64,000 bases of DNA from Chrysomallon squamiferum (Eukaryota > Animalia > Mollusca), in NCBI GenBank assembly GCA_012295275.1, contig CM022673.1:15314001-15378000 (forward strand), written 5' to 3'. Position numbers and translations under genes: made by a program. How positions within the stretch are numbered: position 1 is the stretch's first letter; the number at the start of each line of letters is the position of its first letter. Below, one piece after another: positions 1-15,547 of this stretch. The notes beneath the pieces were generated by a model that saw only the letters and a list, made by a program, of their open reading frames with translations, searched no databases and was not told where the DNA came from.

Positions 1-1287
1 ATAAAAATAAAAATAAAACAAGGATCAAAAACCAAAATACCCCCCAAAAAACTACACAAAAAACAACAAAAAAACACAACAGCAAAACAACAAACCAATA
101 ACAACCAGAAAACAAATAGCAGCATTAAGACTTGAGAAGAAAACAAAAAATATTCAAATGACTAATCAGCCATTCATTTAGGAAACTGCTACAGACAAGT
201 CATTTCCCTGGATACCCGCTTAATGTCGTTTGTCGCCTATAGTCATTATTCTTCTTGTATTTCTAACCACGAAAATAGATAAGCGAAGACGATATGGATG
301 TTTCACATGTACTATCGCTTGCACACTTTGTCCCAAAGGACACAATTAAAAGTATTGGTAGCCATGCAAACAGTTACCATTTTGCAAGATATTAAGACCA
401 TCATGCAAATTCTCAGCAATTGTGCTGTATCAGTCCGAGCCAATAAGTAAGTTTGTATTAAAACAAAACAAAAAAATGGTAATGCTTTTAGGACAACCAA
501 ACAAAAATAAAGCAAATAATTTACCCTGCAGAGTTACGTTAAATTTTGAGGACGATAGAAATTATCACGCAAATTCTTGAATATCAAATTAATTTGCTTC
601 AGTTCGTGTTAGCATAGAAATACGATCACAACTCTGTAATGTTTTTAGAACCTTGTAACAAAATTTCAAGATTTTGGTCACGATAATGAAAAATACTGAA
701 TGTAATAATAAAATATATTTTAGTTTAATGTATATGTTTTGTCAATACATTATCAATTACAATTTAATCTCGTTTCTAATATAAATGTTTCCTTCTAATC
801 CCTCTTATTAATTTGTTTTCGCAATTAAATGATATGCCCTTCAAGTCTGTTTAAGAGAGCAGAGTAATGGTACTTTTATTTTCTACATCCTTTGCTACCT
901 CTTTTGTAACGGTATTTTATTTACAGATTCAGAAATGGTTTAATTTTCTAAATTAATACTGACTTGAGCTTGCAATTCCATTAACATCTTGAAATGTTGT
1001 TCTAGAGTAATAATGGAAACTCTTCTTAGATTATTTTCCAAATTAATGTTCTTTTAATGCATTACACAGATTAATGCATTATACATGATTTAATGTTTAG
1101 GAAAATAAAAATGGGGTAAACCTAATTAGAACAAATTCTTGAGTAATAAGAAAAAGCGTAATATTGAAGATGAAAGGTTAAAGATTATTAAATAACAACA
1201 AGAATAAATCACAACGAACACCAGCACCAACCACCACAATCACCACCACCACTACTAACAAAAACAACATCAGCAGTAACAATAATC

Positions 1288-1288
<1 letters not shown>

Positions 1289-1359
<71 letters not shown>

Positions 1360-1470
1360 GTAATAATAATGCTAATAATAATAATAGTAATAATAATAAT
1401 AACAACAACAACAACAACAACAATAATAATAATAATATAGTAACAGTAACAAGAAGAAGAAGAAGAAGAA
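1289..1470. repeat. (AAT)n/(AAC)n/(GAA)n compound microsatellite
   Basis: Directly visible; source of the poly-Ile and poly-Leu pseudo-ORFs. Confidence 0.95.
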
Positions 1471-3303
1471 GCCTTGGCGACAACGATACAAAAACAAATA
1501 GTTTTAAGAATTCCCCATTTTGTAAGAATATTCAGGACAAGCATTTTTTTGTCCGTTTAGTCCGTAGCTGTAATATTAATAATTGGCTTTATCAACAGAA
1601 GACACGTTTAGAGTCAGTCGACGATCCTTCACTTTTCTTTGTATCGGATCACAGTATTCATTTTCTGTTACGTTGAGATCAGAAGATTATCTCAGAGGTA
1701 AATTTTAAATATTTATTTGTTGCGTATAACTGTTAACAGTACATACCGTTGTAAACAATATGTGGTCTGTTTAAGTATCGTTGGTTTATTGATATTTATT
1801 TTATATCATTCTTTGCATAAATTTCGCTTATACCATTTTATCTTATTTATTCCTCTGCTGAACGGTCCGTGAGTAACTGAAGATGTCTTTTGTTCTTTCA
1901 GGATTTCTCATTCATCAGTGCTGGAAACTGAGCGTTCAAAATCAGCTAAACTTTAAAACTGTACCGCCAATTATATGGACATCTCTTGGGCTCAGTTTTA
2001 TTACTAACTGCCCGGTCGATTAAATCGTTCAATTAAACCAGATGAAAGCTTCCTCTGAGGCGTTAAAGGAATTCAGTGCAAAGTGCATGGACATGAATAT
2101 GCCTAGCTGTCCCTCTGCTTCTAGTGTAACCATCACCTCAAGGAAATGAATATGGTCGTTGTGACTGTCATTAAAATTGTTCACGGATGAAGTGAGTTTG
2201 ATTTCAAACGTTATATTGAAAAGGTCGATTCCAAGCTGTTGTCATTTTAATTCGGTATTCAGAATCAAATGTGTTTTATTAAAAAACAAAATTAATTAAT
2301 TTATTTATAAATGTATGTGTGTGTGTATTGCATGTATGTCTGTAGATATGTATGTATGTATATGTATGTATATAGTACGTATGTATGTATGTCTTCGTAT
2401 ATGTGTGTGTGTATATTAAAACTGAAATAAAATATGAGTTATTTATTTTCCATTATGAACTCTGATATTTTACTTTTGTTTCTGCTTATTGACTTGTAAG
2501 ACATAAAAATGACGCTGGTTTCGTCAAGCATGAAACGGAAAAATGTAAAATATTTTTCTCTTATTTTCTTCTGAAGCGTTTTAATGATTTTAAATATCAT
2601 TATGTTTTTTTTTTTTTTTTTTTTCTCTTATCGTTAATGATTGTTAAATGGAATGTAACATGAAAGAAGTCACCTAGCAAAAACATTAATGAAATGAGAC
2701 AAAGTATTATTACATGTGGCAAGTGGGGTGTAACGTGGGGTGTAACATGGTGGCAATCGCAGACCTGAGACGTGATATGATTTTTACTGCTGCACTTACT
2801 CGAGGCGTGTTGTGTTGCAGTCAAAATCGTCTTTAGTGTGACCGCTACAGGAAGCGTTATTTTTAGATGACAAGTGATAGGTCTTACTAAAACTGTTATT
2901 TAGTCCCACCGTTACATGAAATGTGATAGAAAACACTGAAACAGTCTTTAGTACCACACCCGACGTAAGAGATCGTAGTATTACTTGAACCATGACAGTT
3001 GCAAAATCAGGATTGAAAAAGAACATAAAATAATAACAAATAAATAATAAAAAGAAAAAAGAGAAACGAAAAAGAAAAAAGTAAAGAATATAAATAATTA
3101 AATGAATGTAGCACAGCTATCACATTAATTCGTGGGTTCATGCTTTTGCACAGAGAAAATTGTCAAAGCATACTACATACGAGATAGAATTCAGTAAAAA
3201 GGAATCATCAGCTTATGTTTGTATGCAAATTTATATGATTATGTACATATTTAGAAATGTAGATAGATAATTAGACAGTTTTGTAAGTATGCTAAATACC
3301 TGC

Positions 3304-3454
<151 letters not shown>

Positions 3455-4172
3455 CAAAATATAATAACAGAAATTCGTTTCGATAGAGGTGTTCTTGAAT
3501 GCTTATTCATAAACCATCCAAGGGAGAGAATCGAAATTAACGTTGTATCACATGTAAGTATAATATTATAATATTATATGTGAGCAAATACAAGAGTATT
3601 ATTCTTCAGCACTATCTATCTAGAAGTAAAGAAAAGATACAGATCTTGAGTTACCTTTAGTATTAGTATTAGTTGTAATAAGATTAGGCGAAGCACTGTA
3701 ATACCTTTAATAAACGGAAGATAATATGATAAATAAAAGAAAAACTGAATGAATAATAATAATAAAATATTGGTAATAGTAAGAAAATAATAAATAGATA
3801 CAAAATTAGAATCAGTATCTTGTTTAGTTTATTAATGATTATGATCATTATTCAGTAGATTTAGGTAAAATGAATATATCCTATCTCCATGTATCTTTCT
3901 AAAAATAAATAAATGAAAAATAAAGAAACACGTAATTGTTATCAGCAAATGATGAAGTGCATTTTAAATAATCACTTACGTTCTGGTTGGGTTTCTTGCC
4001 CAGATATTTGCCAGATCATCTTTTTCAGGCGCCTTGTCAACAACACATTTGTAAACGTGAAATATTTTTTTCAAATCAAAATAAACAGTAGAAGAAATCC
4101 GTGTCTTAAGAACAAGAAGTACAATCAATGGTAATAAGTGAGATTTCAAAAAAAAAGAAAACAAAAATGATG

Positions 4173-4243
<71 letters not shown>

Positions 4244-4765
4244 TAGTTATTATAAGTGTGTATCACTTTCATATGTGTCGGAAATACATGCTTAAACAAA
4301 CTTTGAGCACAAAATAGGATATAAAATGTATTCTATAAAATTTACATGACCGATAGACATGTGTCATCCATTTATCTGATTGAAAAGGTCATTTGCTTCT
4401 TACGCGATTACAGAATGCCCTTGTTTCTATTTCTGTAATACCAGATATAAAATCTTAAATTGTATGATCGGTTACTGAATGCTTGAGTGAGTAAGTCAGT
4501 GAGACAGAAAGAAAGTGTAGTAGGTAAGGAGTGAAACTAAATGAGAAAGACATTTATATGTATTTAGTAATAAACTTTATGCTTTAAAAAAAATAAAACT
4601 CACAATATATCCTTTCTGACAAAATAATAATTATATGTGTGTTCGTATGCGTAAATATCTGTATGCGTAAATATCTGTGTTTCTGGGTTTGTCGATAAAT
4701 CAGTGCTGCCATAGCAAACAACGTAGAAAATTACATAAACAAAAATTAAATTTCATTATCATACA

Positions 4766-4817
<52 letters not shown>

Positions 4818-5683
4818 GATATTTTAATGAAATACTTTTGTTGTTCTTATTAAAAATATTTTATAACACATGATCTAAAATTATTTCAAGAATACCTCAT
4901 TTCTCATTGTATTCTTTTTAATTCTCTTCATCTTCCGATTTTTATCTTCTTTTGAATCTTGGTGATGTATAAATATAAATAAAACTTAGGATTAAATATT
5001 ATTTTAATTTAAGCTTCGATTTAAGGACACATGAATAGTTAATAAACGTTATGCATTTATTCTTTTTCATATGTTCTTATCACTGATATTTAGATTTAGC
5101 AGATGACCATCTTTTGGATTTGATTCTAAAGTTAGGCTAAAATTAATTTGGGTCTGAAAATACGTTTTTAAGAAAATAGAAAGTTAAATAAATTGCATTT
5201 GTCTTTTTTTTAAGAGTAAATAGTAAAGATTATAATTACATTGCAGACTAGCTCACTAAAATAGGCTCGAAAAATTAATATATATGTAACTGTATATGTG
5301 TATGTATGTAAATGTGTATTTTCATATTTACTGGAGAAAAAAATGATAACAATTACCTCTAACTGTTTTTGTATTAATATTTTCACACGTCATCGACATC
5401 TGTTTTAAATAACGAAACAAAAGAGTTCAGACATATTTTGATAGCACGCATAAATTATCAAATTTACATTTGAATTTTGTCTTTTTCGGCTGTTCGTTGT
5501 AAATAAAAACGACAATAAAAGTAAATTAACATATAAAAGAAACATGAATATAATTTATATATAAAGTATTTATATTTTCGAATGTATTTGTGTATATATA
5601 TAATGAATAAATATCGCTGTAGAAATTACAATTCAAAAAAATTGTTATACATACATACATACATAGATACATACAGACACACA

Positions 5684-5754
<71 letters not shown>

Positions 5755-6175
5755 CTGACAGAGTCTACCTGTCCTGCTGCTGAAGTCGAGTTTTGTTTAT
5801 CCATGTACACGTGTCGACTTCTTAGGAGATAGTTCCTATTTTACGATATTTCTTCCTGTTCCTTACACTTAAATCATAGTTTGAATTGGAAGTGTAAATT
5901 TGTTTTCTTTAATTGTAAACAGTGCAAAATCGAAAAAATAAAACAACAACAGAGAAACAAATTATTTATGAACTTGTACGGCCATTTACAATCATATTTT
6001 GTAACCATATACAAGAAGTTAAACACAACTAAATTATTTACGGTTTTGTGGAAACAAGTTATAATACGGAATTAGTTTGATCATAAATTAAAAACGGATT
6101 CGGTTACTTGTAATAAAAAAAACAACGAAATCGGACACAGGAGAATCAAGTTATTAAGTTAATGTAAGTTGTAAG

Positions 6176-6243
<68 letters not shown>

Positions 6244-7851
6244 ACACTCATATATATACACATACATATATACATTAAACAAATACGCCGTTAATGATAC
6301 AGATTATCAACGGTTTTGGGGAAATTTCCGTTAAAATACGGAATCAGTGAGATGAATCCTAATTAAATGCGGATTCAGGTAATTACACTGCATAATGACA
6401 GTATCAAAAATAAGGGAGAAAAGTATCTTACCATATACCGCTGCCACACCCTCAAAGCAAAACTCCGTGTTCATAAAAGGGAACTGCCGGTTGTGAAGCC
6501 ACCTGCTTGTCGCTGCTTTTTCTCAGACCCTGAGCTTTCCTTGATGTATATTACATTCGTGCGGACGTCAATGAAAACTGCGGAATCAAAGAGTGAAATA
6601 AGCGAAATAAGGCTACAGACCCTGGGTTACTTTGTTTCACAAAACTGGCCACATTTTGGCCAGTAATTTACTTAACTTTGAAATTTAAAAACTATGCTTA
6701 AGAGTTCGTCATTACATATTTTCTTGTCAAAGGGTATTACGGTTAAAGATATTTTAATTTTTGCATATATCTGTACTTAAAGGCAGTTTATTTACTTATT
6801 ATAATTATTAATACATATCAAATGTTATTTAATAATTGCTGTTGATTTATAATATTTCTATTTCGCATCTAGAGACTAGACAATCTTGACATTACATCAA
6901 AGACAAAAAAAATTAGTACTTCAGTAAAATTATTTATAGTTAGTATATGTAAAAGAAATGCATTTACTGAAACACAGTTTCATAGATATCCGGGTTTTAC
7001 GTTAAAACAAAGACGAGATATCTATCTTCCTCGTGGCCTCCACATATGCTCTGAGAAGTTTGTCCTTAATATATTCCCATAAATAAAATAAAGCCAGATG
7101 TATAATGGATGCTGAATGTGACGTCACTTGTATTTGATCATCTCTGCCAAACCACTGTTTTGGAAAGTATATACAGAATTGACGAACAGCTTAATGCCCA
7201 CTTAATACTCCACTTACTCAGAAAAACATTACCAGATCATGTTGCTGCTTTACTTTGCATCACAGTGAGACGAGCAGATGTCAGTAGTACCCACACACTG
7301 ATATCGATGTTTTCGGGATATTTTAACGACACTGATTGACATGAAAAAAAGAAAAAAAAACAAGAAAAAGAAAAAATCATTATTAAAATGAAACCATAGG
7401 ATATTTGTTTGTGTGTAACAGATAGGGGAAATACTTTATGCTACCCTTATTGGAAATAAATGTTGTTGCCTAGAATAAAGTACATAATGGTGAGTTCCGG
7501 TGAGCTGGCAGCGTAATCCAATATGAAAAGGAAGTCTGACCGATTTGATTAAATATAAATGTTTTGGATAAAGCCAGTGCCAGAAATTTGAACTTAAATG
7601 TCAGTAGGACTGATAATCCCCTAAACAGCTGCAGCTATATGGAAGAGGTTCGCAAAAGTTATTACTGAAATGTTTTAGTTTTGGTCTTTTCAGAAGAGTT
7701 GGAAACGTTTTCAACATTTTGTAAGATCACTTCACAGCTCATATTATTAATTTCTTCACTAAATAATATGTGCATCCTTTTATTCAACACAACATAACAT
7801 ATAATTATTTTCATAAAAATAAAGGTAATTACCAATGGCAGTTTATAAACT

Positions 7852-7952
<101 letters not shown>

Positions 7953-8305
7953 ACTTTTAGTATTCCTGTTTTGTCAAACAGCATTATGGAAAAAACTGGC
8001 CAAAAGTATCTTTAAAAATACATTTGAAATCCAAGATGTTTGTGTTGATATACTGTAAAATTAAAGCGGACTAACAGCGTACTCAGTCACGTTCTTAACA
8101 AGACTGGAACATTGTATGTTTCCAATATGAAATAACACTGATAAAATAAATACAAAATATTAATGGAATGTAGAAATAAAGAAAAAATAATTAATCAAAA
8201 CAAAGCGACGACGACAACAACAACAATAACAACAACAAAAAATAAAATAAAGTAAAATAAAATAAATGCATAATTCAATAAATCACAAGTATTTTTCCCC
8301 CACAG

Positions 8306-9244
8306 AAACAGTAGAATAGGAACGAGTAAGATTTTGTATCAAGGCAGTAGGAGTACGTCTCTGAATGGATATGAATGTCAAAGGTTGTCATCTCAGAATC
8401 GTTACAAACATTGGCGCAATAAACGTTACATGTTTCCAGAAAAGTCAGTATGGAGTGCGGCGAACTACTGTCGTGATCCAGCTGGTGATGGTTATGTGTT
8501 GTGCTACATCACTGACTTTGAGAAAAGGTGGGACAAATGTGACGTCCCTGATTGTACAGGTTTGTGCCCCCTGAATCATCATTGTACTTTAGGGAACGAA
8601 AAATTTCAGATGTTCAAAATGATGAGGATGACGTTAAGTTTTCTTAAATATTTTCTGTTTGTTCTAGTAGTTGTTTTTCTCTTCATAGTTTATCATTCAG
8701 TGGATTATAAAGTTAATAGATAATATGCTTTTTGTGCTTTATTTCAAAAACTGCAATATTTATTTTTGTGTTTACCATAAATTTTAATGATTAATGCTAA
8801 TGGTAGAAATATTTTTGTATTACAGTTGTAGTCGTGGCATTCATCTTTATAAGCATGGATAGCTATAATATATGTCTGCACCGAAATTTTAGATTTTGAA
8901 CAACACATTTCTGACATTCCAACTTCAAATAAACAACAACAGTAAACATGCTTGAAAACCTATAAGTTAGCATCGACTAATGCTTGAATTCAGGTATTAA
9001 ATCTGAAATATTTTAGAAACTGAGTCTTACACTAAAAAGGGAAATGAAACTCTTTACCAAGGTACCATGAACACAACAATCAATGGATTTCAGTGCCAAA
9101 CGTTACCTTCTACAGAATCCCACAAACATTCGATAGAAGAATTATACAACTACTGTCGTGACCCAGGTAATGATGGTTTATTATGGTGTTACACCACTGA
9201 TCGAAGGAAACGATGGGATTATTGTTTTATTCCTAGATGTAAAG
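8306..9244 (+). pseudogene. Two orphan, degenerate kringle exons (8306-8559; 9017-9244)
   Basis: Exon 1 lies between cacag| and ACAG|GTTTGT and reads ...LYQGSRSTSLNGYECQRL...[33 protein letters not shown]; its 5' end is frameshifted (apparent ~7-bp loss) and Cys1 is missing. Exon 2 lies between ttttag| and AAAG|GTTAGT and reads ETESYTKKGNETLYQG...CQ...NYCRDPGNDGLLWCYTTDRRKRWDYCFIPRCK, with Cys1>Ser and a short central loop. No signal exon was found. Confidence 0.7.
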
Positions 9245-10741
9245 GTTAGTGTGTTGGCCATATCTGTATTTTATTATCCTTCTTTTTTTTCTTTGTTTTT
9301 GCCAATATCCGCAGATAGCTGTGACTATGGAAACCCATTTATAAAGGTATTACTATTACTATTATTATTATTATTATTATTGCAAAATTTCAAGATGATT
9401 TCCCTCTCAAATTCCAATATACTACAAACTTTTTACTCGTTCAGTTTTGACATACCAACAGAAACAAACATCACACAAAAGTTAGTTAAAAATATTCTGT
9501 GACTTTTTAACATTATAGTGACATTATACTAACGTCAAGTAACCGTTACATGACGTCGTAAGTGAGATTTTTCTTCACTATTCGGCATTTTTCTGAGCAT
9601 GAACTATGTTATACAAAAGTGTACAATAACAATAACGATGGATTTAGTAAGTTCACTGCAAGTAGAACATAAAATAATAAAACAGTAGTGGGTTTTGTTT
9701 TTTTGTTTGACCTATATAAGTCATCTTGCAGAAAGACGCAAAATCCCACCAATCATTACATTTGATAACCCTTACTTTTGCATAGCTCATATATTATCTA
9801 CAATGCATCGAATGACAGCTATTTGAAACTCATCACTAGATAGTTTTTATATACTAATGATTGTTCTTGAAGGCATAGGTAGACTTATGTGTGGCTCAGT
9901 AATTAGTTCTGAACTTGTCTTACTTATGATTGTTGTTATTTATTTATTATTAATAGCTCTGTGTTCTGCTTTTTATCTTCTTTCCTTTTTTATGTATGGA
10001 TTAGTACATTTTTCACAATTTTCTTTCATTTTCCATATATTATTTGATAAATTTATTGAAACCCTTTATAAAGCAAAATAGTAATAACAAACAAAAAGCA
10101 GATATTAGAAAGAGGGCAAAACCATAGACCTCTTAAATCAGTTTAACTTAATTTTGACACTTTTTAAACTACTATAAATGTCCACACTGTATAAAATAAA
10201 TATAATTAATTGATTTTTATGGCACTGTACCTGTATCGTAATTTACGAGTTTATATGAATGAAGATATTTAAGATACAACAACTTTGTGCTCTGAAATAC
10301 AGTTTAATAACAACCAGCCTATGAAACAGATCCAGAGAGTACTTTCAGTACATGCGAAATTACATACTTTGTGTCAGACATTTAAGTGTAAATATCGTTT
10401 CCTAAATTTAAGAAAATTTAATAAACAACAAAAAAACAACAAAATAAAAACAAAAAAACAAAACAAAAGCAACAACAACAAACAAAACAAAAAAAAATGG
10501 CACAAAAACAGAACAAAGAAAAACACACGAGAAAACAAAAACAACGAAAAATGCAGCAGCTACAACAAATCCTACTTTTAGTATTCTGATATAAGTAGTT
10601 TAACCACTTTAATTAATAACATAAAACCTAATGTTAATGTACTTAAATGTTTTCTTAAGTCCTAAGAGTTTTCCTCTTCTTTCACGATAATTATTGTAAA
10701 TAATAATAATAATAATAAAATAATAATATAACAATAACAGT

Positions 10742-10777
<36 letters not shown>

Positions 10778-11222
10778 AATAATAATAATAATAAATAAAT
10801 AAATAAATAAAGTAACAAAATATAATAAAAAGAAAAAGAAAACGAAAAAGAAAATTGAAAATACAGACAGAAAGACAGAGGGAGATATAGAGAGATAGAT
10901 GGAAGGATGGATGTAGATACCTGAGAGATGGATGGATGAATGGATGGATAGATAGACAGATACATTGAGGAACAGATATATTGTACACTACATCTATGTT
11001 AATTTCTTTTAATAATCATGTGGAAATGATCATTTTCTAATTATTCTTGCTAGTTTCGTATAACAAGAATAAAAAGAAAATAACAAAAACAAACAAACAA
11101 ACAAAAGAAAATAAATAAATAAAAAAGTCTACGACAAAGAAACTTTTTTATAGTAAGAAAATAGTTTACTAATAATATAATTCTTTTTCTAATATTTATA
11201 GGGTTTCAAATCCACAAAAAAA

Positions 11223-11262
<40 letters not shown>

Positions 11263-11437
11263 AAAAAAAATCGATAAATCCCTAATGAATTATTTTTATC
11301 CCAATAATCTTCATCATCATACCAGATTTCGACACATGGTGCAAACATGCCTAAAACAGACTTATTTCATACATACAAGGAATTTGTTAAAAAAAAAAGG
11401 GATCAAAATAAGTGAAAAAATACAATAATAAACAAAA

Positions 11438-11697
11438 CTAACAAGCAGGAACATCACATTTGTCCCACCGTACTTTGGGATTGGTGGTGTAGCACCACAG
11501 GTAACCATCGTGAGATGGATCACGACAGTAGTTTTTAAACAGTCCTTTCCGGTCAGTGTTCATGCTTGCAGACTGAATATATAAATGATTATGAGGATAA
11601 TCACTGATCCATTGTTGACAAATATATCCTTTCTTTGTTACACTGATGGATCCGCTGTACACAATCCGATCGTGAATTTTAATGTAGCATTCGATAT
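11438..11697 (-). CDS. Gene B kringle 5 (terminal) exon
   Basis: [15 protein letters not shown]...ICQQW...[32 protein letters not shown]. Confidence 0.9.
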
Positions 11698-11768
11698 CTG
11701 AGAATAAAATAGTTGTAAATTGAAATTTTATTTGAAATCTCTGGTAAGTTGAAAAGTTTTAGATTCAG

Positions 11769-11831
<63 letters not shown>

Positions 11832-14800
11832 GTTGTTGTTGTTGTTGTTGTTGTTGTTATTATTATTATTACAGCTTGAGGTACCTTATCCAATTTCCAA
11901 ATTCCGAAGTGTTATAAGAGAGCCAAAATGGTGATATCTTGCAGTTTTCGCATGGATTATGCAAACTTAATTAATTTTCGTGAACAACATTATTAAAATA
12001 TTAAATAAAAAAATGCTATAGATTATCGATATAAGCTGTATATAAAATGTAAATGGAATTTGTATTTAGATATAAATTCATTTCTCTGGTAATATACTCG
12101 TATTCCTAAATCCGAAACATTCCGAAATTTGATTAGAAACTTTTCTTCTCCAAACACTTCTGGTGAAGGATCCTCTATTTGTTTACTTTATTTTTTTTAC
12201 TAATTCGTTTATTTATTTATATTATAAATATAGCTATGATAGGAAAAAAACAAACAAAAAAAAAAAAAAAAAACAAACAAACAAACAAAGAACACAAAAC
12301 AAACAATGACAAAGAACAGCAACAACGAAACATTAAAAATATGAATGTATACGAGCAATTATTATCAAGTTATAATCAACCACGTGCCGACTTTTGTGAT
12401 TCAGTTAAGACATTTTACAAGAGCATCATGAATCTTGAAATGAAACATGTTCAGCTTGGTAGCTTGAAGTTTTGATAAATTCAGAAATGATAAAAAAAAG
12501 AGTAGGATTAATTTGTTTTGATCAGATATTTATTAGTTGCCTGTCACAGAAGAGATTCTGATGATCATTCACTGACAATAATTTCAGTCAAAGACGTTAG
12601 ATCTGTGTAGTTATTCGTTTTTCAAAGAGTGTTTCCGCGATAATTAGGATTCCATAATTTTTAAGCATTTTCACTTACTACCATCTCTCTTCACCAAATT
12701 TAGCAATGAATACGTTAAATTGTGTTACGTAACCTTGTAACTGGCTAAAACTAAATTTATTTTGCATTAGAAAACAACTGTCCTTTGTAATATTTTATTT
12801 GTATGTGTATATTTGGCTGAAGATATGAATCGATATTTTTTCCCCACAGTATCTATAGAAAGGTATGCCAAGATTATTTTGCAGTAATAAATTTGGAAAT
12901 ATAGGAAGTACTAATTTAGAGGAAATTCTCTGTACAACACTTATACAAAAATGAAGAAAGTATCGGATAATATAATACTATACATACTCTCATTGCATAA
13001 ACTCTTAGTGATTTTCTTAGTATGTGTAAAAGGAATTTAGGAAATCAAATACTTTTACTTTTTTAAACATATTTATTTAGGTCCTTCCTTTGAGATAATG
13101 TTTCAGTAATTTATATTTATGAAATACACCTAATGTTATAATCTGCAGATCATATTATCATTTTCAGAATGGGGTGAAGAAAGAATAATCAGTATGGACA
13201 GGCAACATCTTGTCCGCAGTGGACTATCAACTAAAATTTAAGAATATCGTTCATATACCTATCTTCTTACGCACAAATAAAATAACAAACACTCCTGAAA
13301 AAACAACAAAAAACAACAACAACAAAAGAACAACAACAAAACAAACAAACCTTTACAAGCGGGAACGCCACATTGGTCCCATCGTTTCTCTGGATTGGTG
13401 GTATAACACCAGAGAAAGCCCATCTTAGACGGATCACGGCAGTAGTTGGCTGTTTCTGCTAACATTTGCTCTGGAAAATATTTGCTTGAGTTATACTTAT
13501 GTTTATGAGGAAAATCCCAGTCCCACCGTTGACATTCATACCCAAAGACTGTAACTGATGTTGAACCTTGGTACAAAATCGTATTATTCACCTTTGTATA
13601 ACACTCTGTTTCTGAAAAATAAGTATTTCTCATTTAATGTTCTAAACTATCTAAATTATTTTACGCAAGGTTACATCCACGATTTAAAAATTTCAGACAA
13701 AATCAACTGAAAGTGAATGCGAGATGCTGGCGTTCCTTGAGGAAAAACAACTCGGCACGCAAACTGCATATTCAGGTTTGCTTGGAGACGAAACAGCTAT
13801 CAGAGGCTGACTGATCCTGTAAATCTGGATGAGTATATTTTGGTATTAAACTGATATTGCAGCATTGTTTATTTTAGTGCAAAGAAAAAACAAAAGTAAC
13901 AAACAAGAATATAACAAATGACATAGGTGTCTTAAAACTGAATTGTCAACAGATCACCCAAATGTTTAGTTTAAATTCAGTTCAGAAACCAATTTTGGTT
14001 ATATGCAACCACGTTTTTTTTTGGCTTTTACATTTTCTGTGATTCCACTGGGCCATTTTTTGTTCCAACCAGTGGTATATGACTGATATATACTACCCAG
14101 TCTGTGAGATGCTAATCCAAAATAGTAGCCCATGAAGTGGCAGCGGCGGGTTTCTTCTCTCAGTATAGTGTGATCCTTAATCATATGTCCGATACCATAT
14201 AACCGTCAATAAAATGTGTTGAGTGTGTCATGAAATAAAACATATCTTTCTTCTTTTTTTTCTTCTGTTCAATGGCTGTGTGTGGGCATGTATATTATTC
14301 ATATTTAGGTAATTCGTATATAGCTCAATATACAGAGTGTATTATTATAATTTGAAAACATCTTCATGTTTATAAATGACTTTCTTTTTGAGAGTGTGGT
14401 CGTCCGTATAGTCCAATCCATTTTAAACATTTTTCTGGTTTTGTTTTCGGCTTCAGAAACGGTGTAAATGTCAAATGCTGTCCACTTTCGTACCGATTTG
14501 CATCTCCCCCAAGAACATCGCTTCACCAGGGTGCCTATGGATAATGCGTTCTACCAAAGGAAGTATTAATGCTTGCTGAACACCTGAACTAAACAATGAT
14601 CAACATAAAAACACCGCTGGTGGGACGATATGGCGACCGAAAATAAAGCATTATGTGTATGTGAAAATAGCGCGCTTTGATCGGTTGAAGTTCCGAAGTG
14701 ATCGACACTTGTGGAAACATGAACTGTTTATTCATAACCTTGTTTATTTATTTATTTATTTATTTATTTATTGTTACGATTATATTAATATAAAATGGAA

Positions 14801-15069
14801 CTGCAATAATAAAGAAATATCTAACCTGTCTTTCTTTACTGAAATTATTTATAATACTCCATGGAGAAAAAGGTAAGTATGCACATTTATTGATAGCCAG
14901 TGTATTCTAGGTTGTCTCAATATAATTTTGGACTTACCATTCAAGTCACAGAAACAGAACAAGAAGTATGCTGCATTTCAACACAACTTATTTAGTCAAA
15001 TTACTGGCTAAAATAGTTTAATTATATATAATTATATAAATTAAAAATTGCAATAAACATGCAAAATAA

Positions 15070-15105
<36 letters not shown>

Positions 15106-15112
15106 AATATTT

Positions 15113-15195
<83 letters not shown>

Positions 15196-15449
15196 TAGTA
15201 ATAAAAACTAACCTGGACAAGGCAGTATACCACATGTCTCCCACATAGGAGTTTTTCTTTCTGTGTAACACCATGGTTCACCTCTACTATCAGGATCACG
15301 ACAGATACGGTCTGGAAATGCGTAAGTAGGAGATGATTTACCTTTATCTATGTGTTGGTCCCATCTCTGACACCTGAGTCCGCTGCGAGTATACTCTCTA
15401 TATCCAAAATACATTGCATTATGGTCCCTAATACTGAAACAATCTGAAA

Positions 15450-15547
<98 letters not shown>

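Noticed and set aside
180-450. Cys-rich fragments (YGCFTCT, CTLCPKG) resembling an antistasin-type exon
   Set aside because: They need several frameshifts and the Cys spacing is unconvincing.
1209-1544. Poly-Ile/Leu/Val, SLSL, THTH, VCVC and IYLF ORFs here and throughout the ORF track
   Set aside because: They are translations of (AAT)n, (CT)n, (CA)n and (ATTT)n microsatellites.
1860-2260. Minus-strand GLIERFNR resembling a Gypsy integrase motif
   Set aside because: It is a single short motif with stops on both sides and no other integrase or LTR features.
6367-6666. 99-aa ORF
   Set aside because: No recognisable domain or splice context; it may be part of an unclassified repeat.
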